Source: Nymphaea colorata (taxonomy: Eukaryota). Taken from it: 64,000 bases of DNA. Made by a program: the position numbers and the translations under genes. Below, piece after piece: positions 1 through 12,716 of this stretch. Numbering within the stretch: the stretch's first letter is position 1; the number at the start of each line of letters is the position of its first letter. Location of the stretch: contig NC_045138.2 in NCBI RefSeq assembly GCF_008831285.2, forward strand, positions 3,038,001-3,102,000. Direction: 5' to 3'. Below the pieces are notes generated by a model, which did no database searches, was not told the origin of the DNA, and saw only the letters and a list, made by a program, of their open reading frames with translations.

Positions 1-263
1 ATTGAATGTAGGGATGCAAGTTGATGGTTGAATGTGGATGTTGTTGCAGAAGATAACAGTATGGAACAGGTCGTCTTACTTTCTTTTTAAGCAAAAGTAG
101 GAACTAGGAACGACCGCCACCGCCACCGCCGCCGCCACCGCCACCACCGCCAAGGAAAAATGAAAGTCACTCATGTGATCTGCATTCACGTTCATGCTTA
201 TAGGTCGAGATCTAGAAATATAAAGAGTCAATAGGAAACATTCAATACTTCACCTAAAATGCA

Positions 264-441
264 CAGGGGCAGAGTCAAGGGGATGCTAGCCCCACTTTAT
301 TTTTTTTTTTAATTTAGATGTAAATTTTAAAAAAAAATTATGTATCTTATATAAAAATTTTGAAAAAATGATATTTCGGCTAGTGTCAAAATTTAAAAGC
401 ATTAATTTGTCCCACCATGGCAAATTTTTGGCTCCGCCCTT
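264..441. mobile_element. MITE, hAT-like family with (C)AGGGGCGGAGCC-type TIRs
   Basis: Ends CAGGGGCAGAGTC...GGCTCCGCCCT flank an A/T-tract interior. The same interior recurs at ~3925-4050, ~13770-13890, 35477-35614, ~48560-48700, 49769-49959, ~50200-50342 and ~57840-57980. No clear TSD at this copy. Confidence 0.65.
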
Positions 442-1129
442 AAACTTAAGACCTTTAAGTTGAAAAAAGTTAAGAGTTTCGGGGCCAGTTAAACTATTGC
501 AATATAGATTGCTCAGAATCTGCCTATACCTTTGAAAACAGATTAAGCTGTCACATATATATACATATTGAATATATTTCTTTTAATGTAAAAATTTTAC
601 TGACGTTTTTATTGTGTCACTGAAAATATGAGTTTAGTGTTTACATACAAAATGCACAGTTCTTATTTACACAAATTGATTTAGATCTTGCAAATGAAGA
701 TTATGGCTTAATGGAAGCTTCTCAGGCTAAACCCGCTTGACTTGTTTAACGGCAATTGATAAGGTCAAAGGAGTGACTTTAGCTCATAGGCCACAAGGGG
801 TTGGATTTGGATCCAAATTTGGAACGTCGGCAAAAAAGTTGGCCGAAAATGGCTGATTCGCATGTGGAAGCAAATGATCCGCACCAGATTCAGACCAAGT
901 CCAAGGCAAATAATTGGTCTAAAGTCAAAAACTAAATCCAAATCCATCCCACAGGAAAATAAGTGGATTTGAATTAAAGATTCAGCCACATGCAATGCAT
1001 TCTCATCCCCTTCAATTTCCATGTCATCCAGATTTTGGATCAAAAGGAAGACCTTTTATACGTCGAATATATATATATATATATAGTTCAATTTTTATTA
1101 TTTTAAAAATGAAAAAATGACAAAAAAGC

Positions 1130-1179
<50 letters not shown>

Positions 1180-2559
1180 GTAAGCTGGTTGTATTCTGGA
1201 TTGGATCTTGTTATTTCTGAATCCAACAGATCGGATCCGATGTGCCAAAGAGAATCCTGACTTGAAATTTTCATATGTATCCAACTCATATGTCGTCAAG
1301 AAATCCCCCGTTTGTGGATGTGGTCAATGAATCCAATTTACTTTGATTTCCCGTAATCGGATTTAGATTCGGATTCAGATTTTTACCTTTTCTTTTTCCC
1401 AACTGGATAATTTAGGTCCCACTAGCATGATATCCGACATTTATATGTAATCAGGTCAGATTTTATCATCAAGTCCCAGTGGAACAATGGAAGCAAATAT
1501 TGATTAGTCACGTAAGCAAATTCAATTAGTTACCATATTTTTGGAAGGCTATCATGCTAGTGATTCGAGTGGCCTAATCACATGGTGGCTGGTGTGGGCA
1601 ATTGCCCACACTAGCTTCACAAAATTAGTTTAATATAAATTAGCCCAAGAGTCTTCTCCTGGATTAGCTTATAGTCTTCCTGTTATTTAAAATAAAATTT
1701 TTTAAAAAAAAAGAAATAAAAGTTGTGCTGCACATGTCGCACATAATCGCCTACAAAAGATGCATTTTCAAACCAAAGACCAAAAATTTTTTTTTTCTCT
1801 TTTAAAACACATTCCGCCTGCATGGGAATATTTAAATGCAATTAAGATATAACTCAACAACTTTTAAGAAAAAATAATCAAAATCAAGACTTTATGCAAT
1901 AGCAGCAAAATATTTATATGAATTAAAAACTGAGTCCAATGAGATAAGGATCAAAGGAGTTCTGACCTTGAAGAACAAATAAGACCGACCTTGGATGAGC
2001 TCCTTTTGGTTGGTTTTTAAAGTTTTTTATAACTTAATTTAAAGCTAAGGAAGGTCAAACATTTAAGAAAATAAATTTGGTCGGTAGATTGCCTTGAGGA
2101 GTACGGCCGTCCTACGTGATAATTTATTAGGCCTTTGACTTTGTTTTTAACGTTTTTTTTTTCTAACTTAACTTCCACTTGTCGGCCGAAGCAAACTTTC
2201 TTTTGAACGTTTAAGTATGGTTGTCATTTTCTAGTCGCTTTTCCATGGTCTTTGATCATATAGAGAGTTTTATACATATTTATATGTTACGATTTTTTTT
2301 TCATACAAAAATAACTGTACCCACAAATGCAAAATATTAAAATTTTAAAGACTTCAAAAAGAATTTACGTAAAGTACATTCTATGAGGCTTTGAAAATGA
2401 ATGATCTTAGCTTTTGAGCTCATAAAATTCAATCTAGTTCGAATTTTTAGTTTTCTTTTCACTTTCATATATGCTGCATCCCTTTATCGAGATAGACATA
2501 AGAAAAATAGATGGAAACATTAGAAGAAAGACTTGTTAAGTATGTATGAATGAGATAGT

Positions 2560-2623
<64 letters not shown>

Positions 2624-2692
2624 TGAATAGTGATTCTGCCTTTTCGGCTATTTAATCAAGGAAGTCTAATCCAACATGATGAGAGAAAAATA

Positions 2693-2723
<31 letters not shown>

Positions 2724-3104
2724 TTGTTGGCTACTAGAGATTCTTAGATAGCTAAATATTTAGAAGATGTGGCTAAACTCACTATAAACCATCATTAAAC
2801 ACCATAAACTGTTGTTATACCATAAATCGTGCTAGTGCTTCCGTTGATTGTGTTTTAACAATGATTTTTAAGTGTTTTTGTCGTCGAGCACCCGGCTGCT
2901 TTATAAGAATCGTTCTTAACGTTAGGTTTTAACTTCAACTAAATTTATAATGGCAGCTCATATATACCAGAGAAATCATCAACTTAATATGTGTGTTTCT
3001 TAGACACCAAGATCATACATAAGGTTAGATTATACAAACTTTATTGTAATAATCTATTCTTAAAGAGCTTGGTTTTTGTTGGGCTGAAATATAATATTAT
3101 ATAC

Positions 3105-3396
3105 CGATGTTGTAAAAAAAGTATATTATAGTCGTACTAGTCTGGCTTTAAGATACGTTGTATCGTAAAATAACGTAACTGTATCGTATTTAAAAAAAAA
3201 TAAAAAGAAATATAAAAAAATAAAAAATTCTAAAAAAATCAGTAAAAATTAGTGCATCATAACTATATCCTAACGTTTCGTATTGTAATTGTATCATATG
3301 ATACGGTGCTTGTATCGTAAATGTACGATACTGGTGGTGTATCGTATCATATTTTTGAAATACAACGATACGTACCGTACGATACATACAACACTG
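3105..3396. mobile_element. putative MITE with CGTATCG/CGATAC subterminal repeats
   Basis: Imperfect TIRs (..GATGTTGTA / TACAACACTG) and many internal GTATCGTA/TACGATAC motifs in both orientations. Confidence 0.45.
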
Positions 3397-4513
3397 TTTT
3401 ATACAATGAATGTAAAAACTAAACTAGGAAAAGGGTACAAGTGAATTATACAAATGCGAAAATCAATCAAATTGTAAAGACAAGACATACTTCTTTTGAG
3501 TAATGTCTCACCTGTGTATAATAAACTTTGAGTTCTAGAAATAATTGAATAATTGGTCTCACTTTTTTTTCACAATCTGGCTCGCTCAAAGAAGATGGAT
3601 TGTGCGCAGAAGGAGGGCTTCGCCACCGGAATAGGAAGTTGAAGAATTCCGGCATTCAAGTTCAAAAGTTCAAAGAAGCCAAGAGTTCAACTGTTCAAAG
3701 GACGGAGATTGACGGCCTCTAGAAATTGATGAATGACTATTAGTCAATTGTTGCTGTGATAGTCGGCGAACATTCCACTGAAATCCGGCCGGCGGACCTT
3801 CCTATCACATTCTGCCGGAATCCGGCAGGCATCGACTCGTTCGACTTGAATTAATAGCAAACCGATTCGATTTTTGTCTGATTCAATGCGTACAAATAAC
3901 ACAAAAAGTGCATAAATTTTGTCCTGCCTCACCTCAATTTTTTTAAAATTATATATAAATTTTAAAAAATTTTGTTTGTTTTGTATAAAAATTTTGAAAA
4001 ATGAGGCGCTAATCAAAATTTAGAAATTTCATGAAAAATTTATGTATATGCCCCATGTACACGAATCCATCAATGTAGTGCCAAATTGATTATCAATTAA
4101 GTGTAGTTGCTGTATTTAAGAAAATCGAAGCCAAGGGTAGAACTACAAATTTTTTAGTTTTTGAAATTTTTAAAAATTTAACATGTAAATTAAAAAAATA
4201 TTTTTGAATCGGGCCACAGCCCTGCCAACCCCCTTTGACAAAATTGAAGTTAGCCAATTAAGAGTGCCATGTGTCAGTTTTCTAACCATTTTTAACGTTA
4301 TGCGAATTGATTTTTATATTCTTTTCGTTGAGTTTTTTTAAATTAATCTTTTAAATATTTTGGACCGGTTCGCAACCAACTCATCTGAATGTCTGAATAA
4401 ATCGGCAACCTGCCGATTCGGTTCAGGAATCGATATTAATCAAGTATCGGGTCTGCATCAGAGAAACCTGAAAGGTTGAGGGTTTAGCGCCACCGTATCG
4501 GGGGCGAGCACGC

Positions 4514-4544
<31 letters not shown>

Positions 4545-4546
4545 GG

Positions 4547-7210
4547 ATGGCTTCTCTCGCGACCGGAAGCTCATCGAAGAATCAGAAGCGTCTGGTCTTC
4601 GACAGGCGCTATGGCTGGATGTACTCTCTCTCTCTCTCTTTTCCCAGTCCTTGATTCCTCCAGTTTTAGGGTTCCTTCTTCTTCGTCTTCTCCCATTCTA
4701 ATGAAAATTAAGGAAAACGAACAACAAAATAAAAACTAAAATCCAAAAGCGTCGTTCCTTTTCTCTTTTTTTAACTTCGCTTTCCGTTTTCTGTAATTGA
4801 TTTTTCATGCTCTTCCTTCTTTTCTCAGCTATGATCAGTGGAAGGATCCCTCAGAAGAAGCCTTATCTGCTGGCCGCGGAATGTAACTCTCTCTCCGTCT
4901 CTCCGTCTCTCCTCAAAACGATATCTTGACATCTCGTTGCATTTCTAAGATAAGCCATGCAAGTTTCTTTTTGCCACGTTCGTCGAGCTGCGAGGTTCTG
5001 TCGTTAAAAACTGGATCCAGGCATCACCATTCATTCGCCATGACCGAACCCTGATGTAATTGGATCTTCAATCGGGTCGGATGGGATTGTTAATGCTAAA
5101 CCCGGACTTTACTTGCTTGATATCCGATCTCCTTGCATGCGTTTTGATTAGGATTTCAGTCAGATTTCTGATTTCAAATCCAGGCCTAATTGTTAAGATC
5201 TGATCCGCTGTTGGCTTAATGGAACATTAGTTGAACACATACTACACTTGATGTGTTGGCTTAATGGAACATTAGTTTAACGGATGCTACACTTGATCTT
5301 AGTCCAAAGGCCGAGAAAGGTATCCTACTGTGGAAGAACTTGAAAGTGAACCATTCATGTCGTGGTATGTTCTTTGATGTTGTTCTTGTTCTAGAAACTA
5401 TTCAAATTTCAGAGTAACATGTATGGACAAAATGGGGATCTTAATTTATATCGCAACCCATGTCATGATTCGCTTCTTGATTTCTTTTTTTCGAGCATAC
5501 AATGCATATGTGAGATCAGGATTTTACTTGGTATTGGTACTTTCATGCACAATATCAGGATTTTACTTGTCCAATGTACACAAAATCATGATTTTACTTG
5601 GTCTAGCTCTTCAAGGTAAGATGCATAATTGCATACGCAAGATCAGGATCTTACCATGTCTGTTATTTGCTTTAAGAAGAGAGACCAAGGGCCATGATCC
5701 AAGCTTGGACAGGGTGAGAAACCCAGAATGGCAGAAGAATATGTCTACATGTGCTTGTCTAGAAGATGCATCTTTTGGATTCAATTTCTTAAATCTAACA
5801 GACTGGAAGAAATGAGAAGACCAAGATACTTGCTGTAGAATGCTCTTCAGTTCCTTGTTAACCACGCTTGTCCTCTTGTAGGTTCTGTATTTTGCCACTT
5901 GCCAGAGCTTTATTGGCTATTATGCTGCAAGCGGTAATTTAAATGCTTAATTACATCAATTTCAGTTGCATGTATTATTTATGGTTTGAATGTTTCTTCC
6001 TTTATGTTCAGTTAAAGATGTTGACAGACTAGGTTTTGATAATTAAGATGTTGATAGACTGCTAATTGTTGTGGTCTTAGAAAGATCTTTTGTTTTTGAC
6101 ATGCTGAAGATAGTTGTTCTGGCCAAATGCATTGCTACATGCCTAAAAGAAGCAACTGGATGTTGCTTGTTGGCTGTCAAAGACATAATTACCTAAATTT
6201 GTTAAGATTTATAGAGTACTTTTGGATTCTGTTTACAATTTGCCTTCTTTAGGAAGAAGCTACATCTGCTTATATTGTTGCTGTTCTCCTCCTGCTGGTA
6301 TTTGTTTCTGATGGTGACTAATCATGCTTTAGGCAAACTAGCAACATTATTCTCCACTACCACAAGCATAAACTTATCGGTACATGATATGGGTATATTT
6401 CCATATGGTGCACGATCTGTAGTTAAGCACATAGAAGTAGTAGCCTCTGTTTGTATGTGTATGTGTGGGTGTGCGCGACAATCTAAAAAAGTAGAACACG
6501 TGTCACCTGAGAAGTGTTGAGCGGATGCTAAACCTAATAATCGTTAAACATACATGGTAATTGCATGTTGAAAGCCATGTAAAGAAAATATTCTGGAAGG
6601 TAAGAAATGATAGTATCTGACTAACACCACCTAAGTGCGAACCCTTGGATGATTGAGGACACACCTGGACTTTGCTATGCCTAAGTTTCTTGGTATGTCC
6701 AGCAATCGTAGTCATGCCAATGCAAGATTGTGCTACACATAAGGTATCTGAGTGTTGCACTAATAATCAAATCAGCAGTACTTGGTGTTCACAGGATGTA
6801 GCTGCTACACTCATTGTCTAGGAAGGTGTTCTTTGTTCTGAAATATGATATCAATCTTGGCCTGGATATGGCCAAGTTGGCTTTTGCACGTACTTTAGGT
6901 GTCCATTTTTTTTCTCAAGCATGAGCATTACTCCTTGGGCATGACAAATGTATCCTACACCTAACAATCCTGACGTATTAGCCAAGGTGATCATGACAGC
7001 GAAATGCTGTTTCATGATTAAATTTTTCATTTGATTTCACTCGGTGCGATGGAATTCTTTTCACACTTATGAGCTTGTTATGTTATTGTAACCAAAACAT
7101 ATTTGCTACTGAAGATAATATATTACATGTAAGAGTAATTTACAGAAAATTGAAAATTACGAAACAAAAAATAATTTATGCTCAGTAGTTCTATACCTTG
7201 GTTAGAGCTA

Positions 7211-7281
<71 letters not shown>

Positions 7282-8458
7282 TGTTTATTCATTTACTGTA
7301 GAAATGGAGAGATTGCACCAGATGCACCTATGTGCACCTAGTTAGAGGCTATAAAGTAGTACGAAATTTGAGTTCTCGTGTCATATGAATTGTAGTTCGC
7401 AAGTGCATGACAAGACTCTTGTTAGTGATCCGGCTATTCGACCAACTAGTCAGCCAGTCAGTCTAGTCAGAAGCAAATCAACTAGCCTCGAGGTTAAACT
7501 TTGCCTAGACCTAAATCTTAAACTGGTGTCCAATCTGAGGTCTGATCCTGAGTGAGGGCATGTTTGATGACGATGTGGAATTGTTTGTGGTACCTTTCGC
7601 CACAAATGAGTTCACTGCAAGAGAAAATTTGGACCCATGTCTGTTCACCTTTCACCTGTTTGATAAGGGAGGGGAGGGGGGGCGTGGGTGGTAATATTTC
7701 CCTCCCTCTACCAGAGGGAGAATGCCTCCACCTACTGACTCCGCCTGAGGTAATTGACAAATCAACTTACTGGCAGGTGGCATCCGAAAGTTCATGCAGT
7801 TGGTAGAGGTTTTCTGGAAAAATCTTTGATACATGAATTTTAGGTTTCAGAATTTCATCAGGAGCCCCACTCACTGGGTAAAGCACTGATTATGTGAGGT
7901 TCCGAGGTCTTTTAGGTGCTTAAAAGGTAGGTTTATCAAAACTTCTTGAATCAAAACACGGCTAACATTCCTGTGATGAAGAATGCATCTGATTGGCACA
8001 AATTAAACCTGTGATTGCAAGTTGGGTAGTTTTGCAGCATCAATGCTCAGAGCCACATTATTATTTATTAATAAAAAACATGAGAACTTAATACTGTTTC
8101 CTCCTTTATTATGATGTTTACTTTATTCTCACTAACTACTGTTGTCTTCTGCATTTCCTAGGAAGAAATATTCATTTTTCCATAACAAAAGCATGGAAGG
8201 CTGATACTGTTACATTTTCTCTGCTCTGTTTGTCAGGTTGATATTGCATCCGACTGTGTGATCAAATTCGTTGACAGACCCAAACAGAGGCTCTCAGTGC
8301 AAGCTTTTACAACAGATCTTTATAGTCAATTTCAGAAATTCAGGGCTTCCATTCCAAAAACAAGGCTCAATGTGACCTTGAAAAGCGATTCATCCATACT
8401 TTCATGCGGCTGCTTTGAATTAGTTCAGCAAGAAGGTGATGATTCAGAAAACATGTAA
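4547..8458 (+). CDS. uncharacterised plant protein, 133 aa, 4 exons
   Basis: Exons 4547-4620, 4829-4882, 5882-5933, 8237-8458. All introns are GT-AG and phases are consistent (402 nt). Translation MASLATGSSSKNQKRLVFDRRYGWIYDQWKDPSEEALSAGRGMFCILPLARALL...EGDDSENM. From recall, the RLVFDRRYGW..D.WKDPSEEAL..GRGMFCILPLA motif occurs in unannotated plant proteins. Confidence 0.85.
5209..5297. repeat. 45-bp tandem duplication in intron 2 of the uncharacterised gene
   Basis: TGTTGGCTTAATGGAACATTAGTT...CTACACTTGAT occurs at 5209 and 5254. Confidence 0.9.
7216..7276. repeat. compound microsatellite (CT)n(GT)n
   Basis: Directly visible. Confidence 0.95.
7500..7940 (-). mobile_element. degenerate Ty1/copia gag-protease fragment (intronic)
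   Basis: Minus-strand translation GRGREILPPTP...ICGERYH...QDQTSDWTP resembles the Copia gag G/R-rich linker, the CQICGK..H zinc knuckle and the W.PDSGA protease start. Broken by stops and frameshifts. Confidence 0.4.
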
Positions 8459-8871
8459 GAATGCTAGATGGCACCAACATCACCAGTCGTCAGTGTTTCA
8501 TTGATGTAAAGTTATTAACTACTTACCAAACTTTGATTATTCTTAGACTCAGGTATAAGGCGTCTTTGTGGTTTTGATGTATTTGGTGTTCTATTCAATG
8601 TGCCAAAGATGATCATGATTCTAGCTAATACACTTCTTAAATAAACTGCAAATATTTACAACCTGAGCGATCTGAACTAGTTTACATACATTGGCAGTTT
8701 CACAGTGAACTCGGATTGTCGTATACAAAATTTGTTGTGCATGAATCAAGCTGGACAAGCGATATCCAACTTTTGTCTTTTCTGCAGTATATACTGGTCC
8801 ATATGCAACAGATGTGCCCAATCAGGACATTATCTGATTCAACAATTGCATTGGCCAGACTTTATTGGAAC

Positions 8872-10306
8872 CTAAGCAGACTCTTGAGGACCATATTTAC
8901 GATTTGTTCCAAACTTCCTCCTGACTCTGAAGAAGTGCTCCTCTCCCGTCTTTTTGTCAACAGCCACAAGCCATTTGCTTTTTGAGGTCTCCACATATCC
9001 CATGGAAAAGTAATCCATGGAACCCTTTGGAAATCTGTCTCTTTGATCACTTCGGCCAATTTTGGTCACCTCCATCCCCTTACCGATGGGAAGAGTCACC
9101 GTCCTCATCCCTGTTTTCTTCTGCATAGTCTTGCTGTATACCCAACCACTTCTGCTTTTCATTTCAAACAGGTTGTTTATTACCACAAATGATCTTGAAG
9201 CGTTCATGTCAACTACTTTTAACAACCCCTGAACATTCTCTATCTTGCCATCCAGAAGCAAGAAATCAACATTCTTATAACGTTTCAGAAGTTCCGGTGA
9301 GTCACCTATCTTGAACTCTACAAAAACTTCAAGATCAGGGTAGCAGTTTAGAGCCTGTCTTGACTCTTCAAGGCTTCTTGATTCTAAAAGAATGCAGATT
9401 AGGCGGCCACCCGTTCTTCTTGCAGCTGCAGCAAGAGCGATTGTGAATGGTGATATTCTAGGCGAAACTTCAACAATGGTCTGCGCTTTGATCCCTGCTG
9501 CCATGGCAGACACGAATTCTGTGCTTTCTGCTTCTGCTGTCCTCAGATAGCCGCCCGTTTCTTCCTCGCCCTTTTTATACTGAAATCGAATCACAGGAAC
9601 AAAAATTATAACCTTTTCTTTCTGCAATTTGGTTTCCAACTCAAGAACACAGGACGGGAAACATATTATTGAATGGTAGAAGATTTGGTGTTCAAAAGCC
9701 CAGTAAAAACATCAAGACATGCAAAATTCATTTTTTCCCTTTTTCCATCTCTTCGTTTCTTCTCCACAAAATGGACGTACGCGAATAAAACTCATTTCTT
9801 ACCATCTTTTCTCAAAGAATTGTTTGTATAATTTCTTACACCAGCTATCACGTTATTGTCTCTTGAATAATTAGAAAAGGTTCCTTTTTGTTTCATTTTT
9901 CAAGGATGATCACGTAGAAATAACACTCACAATTATCAAAACACAGGAAAACCAATGATACCAGTAACTGGAAAATAATGATAACGCAATCAATAATCTT
10001 CACCATGAGAGAGAGAGTGAGAAAGAGAACAACACCAATCTTGAGAGAGAATACAAGGAAGAGAGAACAACATCCATCTTGAGAGAGAGTGAGAAAGAGA
10101 ACAACACCAATCTTGAGAGAGAATACAAGGAAGAGAGAACAACATCCATCTTGAGAGAGAGAGAGAAAGAGAACAACACCAATCTTGAGAGAGAATACAA
10201 GGAAGAGAGAACAACATCCATCTTGAGAGAGAGAGAGAGAGAGAGCAAATACCAATTTCACAGTGTCTAAGAACGCGTTAGCTGCTGTCTCCGGTGACCA
10301 ACCCAT
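8872..10306 (-). CDS. DUF1442 family protein, 253 aa, 2 exons
   Basis: Exon 1 10306-10253 (MGWSPETAANAFLDTVKL|gt); exon 2 9579-8872 (ag|YKKGEE...). Family motifs EFVSAMAAG..AQ.IVE, TIALAAAARRTGGRL.CI, DFLLLD, LPIGKGMEVT and KWLV.VD..TGEEHFFRV. Confidence 0.9.
10007..10243. repeat. three tandem 72-bp units in the DUF1442 intron
   Basis: CATCCATCTT recurs at 10071, 10143 and 10215 (period 72). Each unit consists of two related GAGAACAACA..ATCTTGAGAGAG subunits. Confidence 0.95.
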
Positions 10307-12371
10307 CTGAACATAAGGCGATGCAGGGAAAGAGAGCGAGCGAGAGAGAGAGAGAGAGCAGAGCAGAGGGAGAGAGAGAGCGAGAGATCAGGTAGAAGAA
10401 ATCAAACGAAGCTATATAAGAAGAAGAGCGAAAAGCCAAAAATGGAGATGGGACGCGTCTCTTCCTCGGCAAACCGTAACTAATTGTCGAGGGACGTGCT
10501 TTTTCTCCCTCTGTCTCCTTTTCTGATATAAGAGAGAGAGAGAGAGAGAGAGGTTTCTCAACCCTTTGACTCAGCCTTTCACGGGATGGAAATGAACCCC
10601 TTCTCTCTTTTCTTCTCATCTCCCTCTCTCCCTTGCCTTTTTCCTCAACAAATTTTCACCAACTCAGTGATAATCTGAATGGAACTGACCCAAATACGCA
10701 GTTCGGTTATAAGTGAAAAAAAATCTTCAAAGCGATTCATCTCCAGTTCCTTCGGGAATGATAAGACGTTGGCAGTTCGATCCACATCATGCTGACCGGG
10801 CTCCCCTCCTCTTAATTCTTTTTTATAATCACACTGTCCATTGCCAGGACATAGTCTTCATCTCAACCCGATCCGCCTCTCTTCTGATTACAGTCGATCA
10901 GATCCATGCTTACACATTTCTCTTCTAAAACAAGAACTTATCAATCCAGGTGATAATTCAACTACAACCTCTCACCGTTCTAGTAAATCATTGTGGCTTA
11001 TTAATAGAAGAGGATCATTCTAATTTATGATCAATCCCGTCGCATCCCCGGATCCTTCAAACACGAGATCCGTGATCCCTCCTCTTTGTTGCAATCCTAG
11101 AAACCCCTTTGAAATGCAGGTATTTCACACCAGGGACAACATATCCTCGGATTAGACATCCCGGGATTTCAGGTAATGAAGAAATCAAGCACATAATACT
11201 TAGTTTAAGTTGGCGATTTTTTTTTTTTTTCTAATTGGGGAGCCTGGGTTTTACTTATTGCTTTTGAAAAAAAGCTACCTTTTTGTCACTTTCCTAATAA
11301 GGGTTACACTTTTGTTAAAAACTGTCAAACACGAGCCTCAAGTAAACCTGAGACAAATAAAATCGTATGCACAAAAAAAAAGATAGGCACCAAAAAGATA
11401 CACAAAGAAAAATTCACTTCAGTCCCTTGTCTGGCAGTTTTTCATGAAAAATATGGCCCTTGACAGGCACCAAAATGAAAATACAAAAGATCTTTGTCGT
11501 TTTTAGAGAATTAGATAGGCAGCAAAATAAAAAAACTCCCCTCTAGGTTATGCCAATCAAAGATTTCAATCAAGAAATGCTCTCGAGAAAACACCTTGAA
11601 GTTTGGTTTTGCCAAGGACAAGGATCTACATGCTTAATAGACTGAGCCCAATGATATGGAACCAATGTCTCATTAACGGTTTAATAGAGATGGGATATTC
11701 CTTTAACCCTTGGAATATCTTGGTGCAGCTTGTGACCACAGTTTTCTGTCTTTGAAAAGGAGAAATAGACTTTTTTTTTGTGGGACATGATTCAAGAAGT
11801 TGTTGTACACAATAAAAGTAGGGCTTCCTTTATGTTCAAGTTTTTCAAGTAAAAGTTGAGTGCCATCCATTGGTTTAAAACTGGTTTTGTCATTTATTTA
11901 TTCAATCTACATTATCTCTTCAATTAAATAAGAAGTTGAAGCAGCTTTCACTCCTTCTCTCAACTTGCAGAAGGAAAAAAATGTGAAAGTCCATTTCTCT
12001 GTCTACTGATGTGAGGATTCTGTTCACTTGTCAAACTCTTCATTAGCAGACAATCCATGCCTTTCCCAGTCACCAATCTTATCAGAGGTTGTCTATCCAT
12101 CCGAAGAAGAAGAAGAAAAGAACAATATCAAAGTCAACTCATTTATGGCCGCCTTATTGTCAAACCCCAATCACTTTTGTCACATGTGCCTTGTGAAGCA
12201 TTGTCAAAGCTCACGAGCTCTTTTAGGTTGCGTTTGATTCCCCACGGATTTCAGATCCAAAGGGATTTGAAATTCGCGATTGTTAAAAATTTATAGTTTG
12301 ATAAAACTGTGCATCTCCAATCTATGCCGTAGTGTAAGAAGCGTGGATTTGTGATCTGATTGGTTCCGGGA

Positions 12372-12716
12372 TAGGGTTGCCCAATAAGCCTAGCCAACTC
12401 GGGCTCGACTCAAACTCGCTCGAAAAAACTCAGCTCATACTTGACTCGTCGAGTTTGAGTTTCAGAAACTCGACTCGTTCATACTCAACTTGACTCTCAG
12501 ACCGATACTCTATATAATATTGCCAAAACCGTTTCACCAGTTTTAACTTTTAGAGTAAATACAAATTTTCACAAGTTACACGAGTGAACACTAAATGAGT
12601 TAACGCCTAATCGAGTTAAATTGATTAAATGAGTAGAGTTCGAGTTTGATTTTGTGTGGTTGAGTCGAGCTCGAATTGGCCAAGGTCAGGCTCGACTCGG
12701 CTCATGTGCAGCCCTA
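12372..12716. mobile_element. MITE (hAT-like) with CTCGA/AGCTCG subterminal repeats
   Basis: TIRs TAGGGTTGCCCA / TGTGCAGCCCTA with dense ACTCG/CGAGT motifs near both ends. Same type as 56385-56852, 60287-60462 and 63109-63653. Confidence 0.7.

Noticed and set aside
113..151. (CCG/CCA)n tract that could encode poly-Pro, Ala or Gly
   Set aside because: No supporting ORF or splice structure within the window; treated as a simple repeat.
1588..1615. 28-bp near-perfect palindrome GCTGGTGTGGGCAATTGCCCACACTAGC
   Set aside because: Too short for a MIRNA precursor. A similar motif at ~57990 adjoins a MITE, so it is most likely a transposon subterminal hairpin.
5423..5815. 130-aa hydrophobic ORF
   Set aside because: Lies within intron 2 of the 4547-8458 gene, includes short degenerate repeats, and has no recognisable motif.
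9893..10306. Repetitive ORFs in several frames
   Set aside because: Products of the 72-bp intronic repeat; only the first 18 codons are true exon.
10730..10920. Possible LINE ORF1 relic on the minus strand (..EADRV..W..MMWIELP..)
   Set aside because: Similarity is too weak to support without a profile search.
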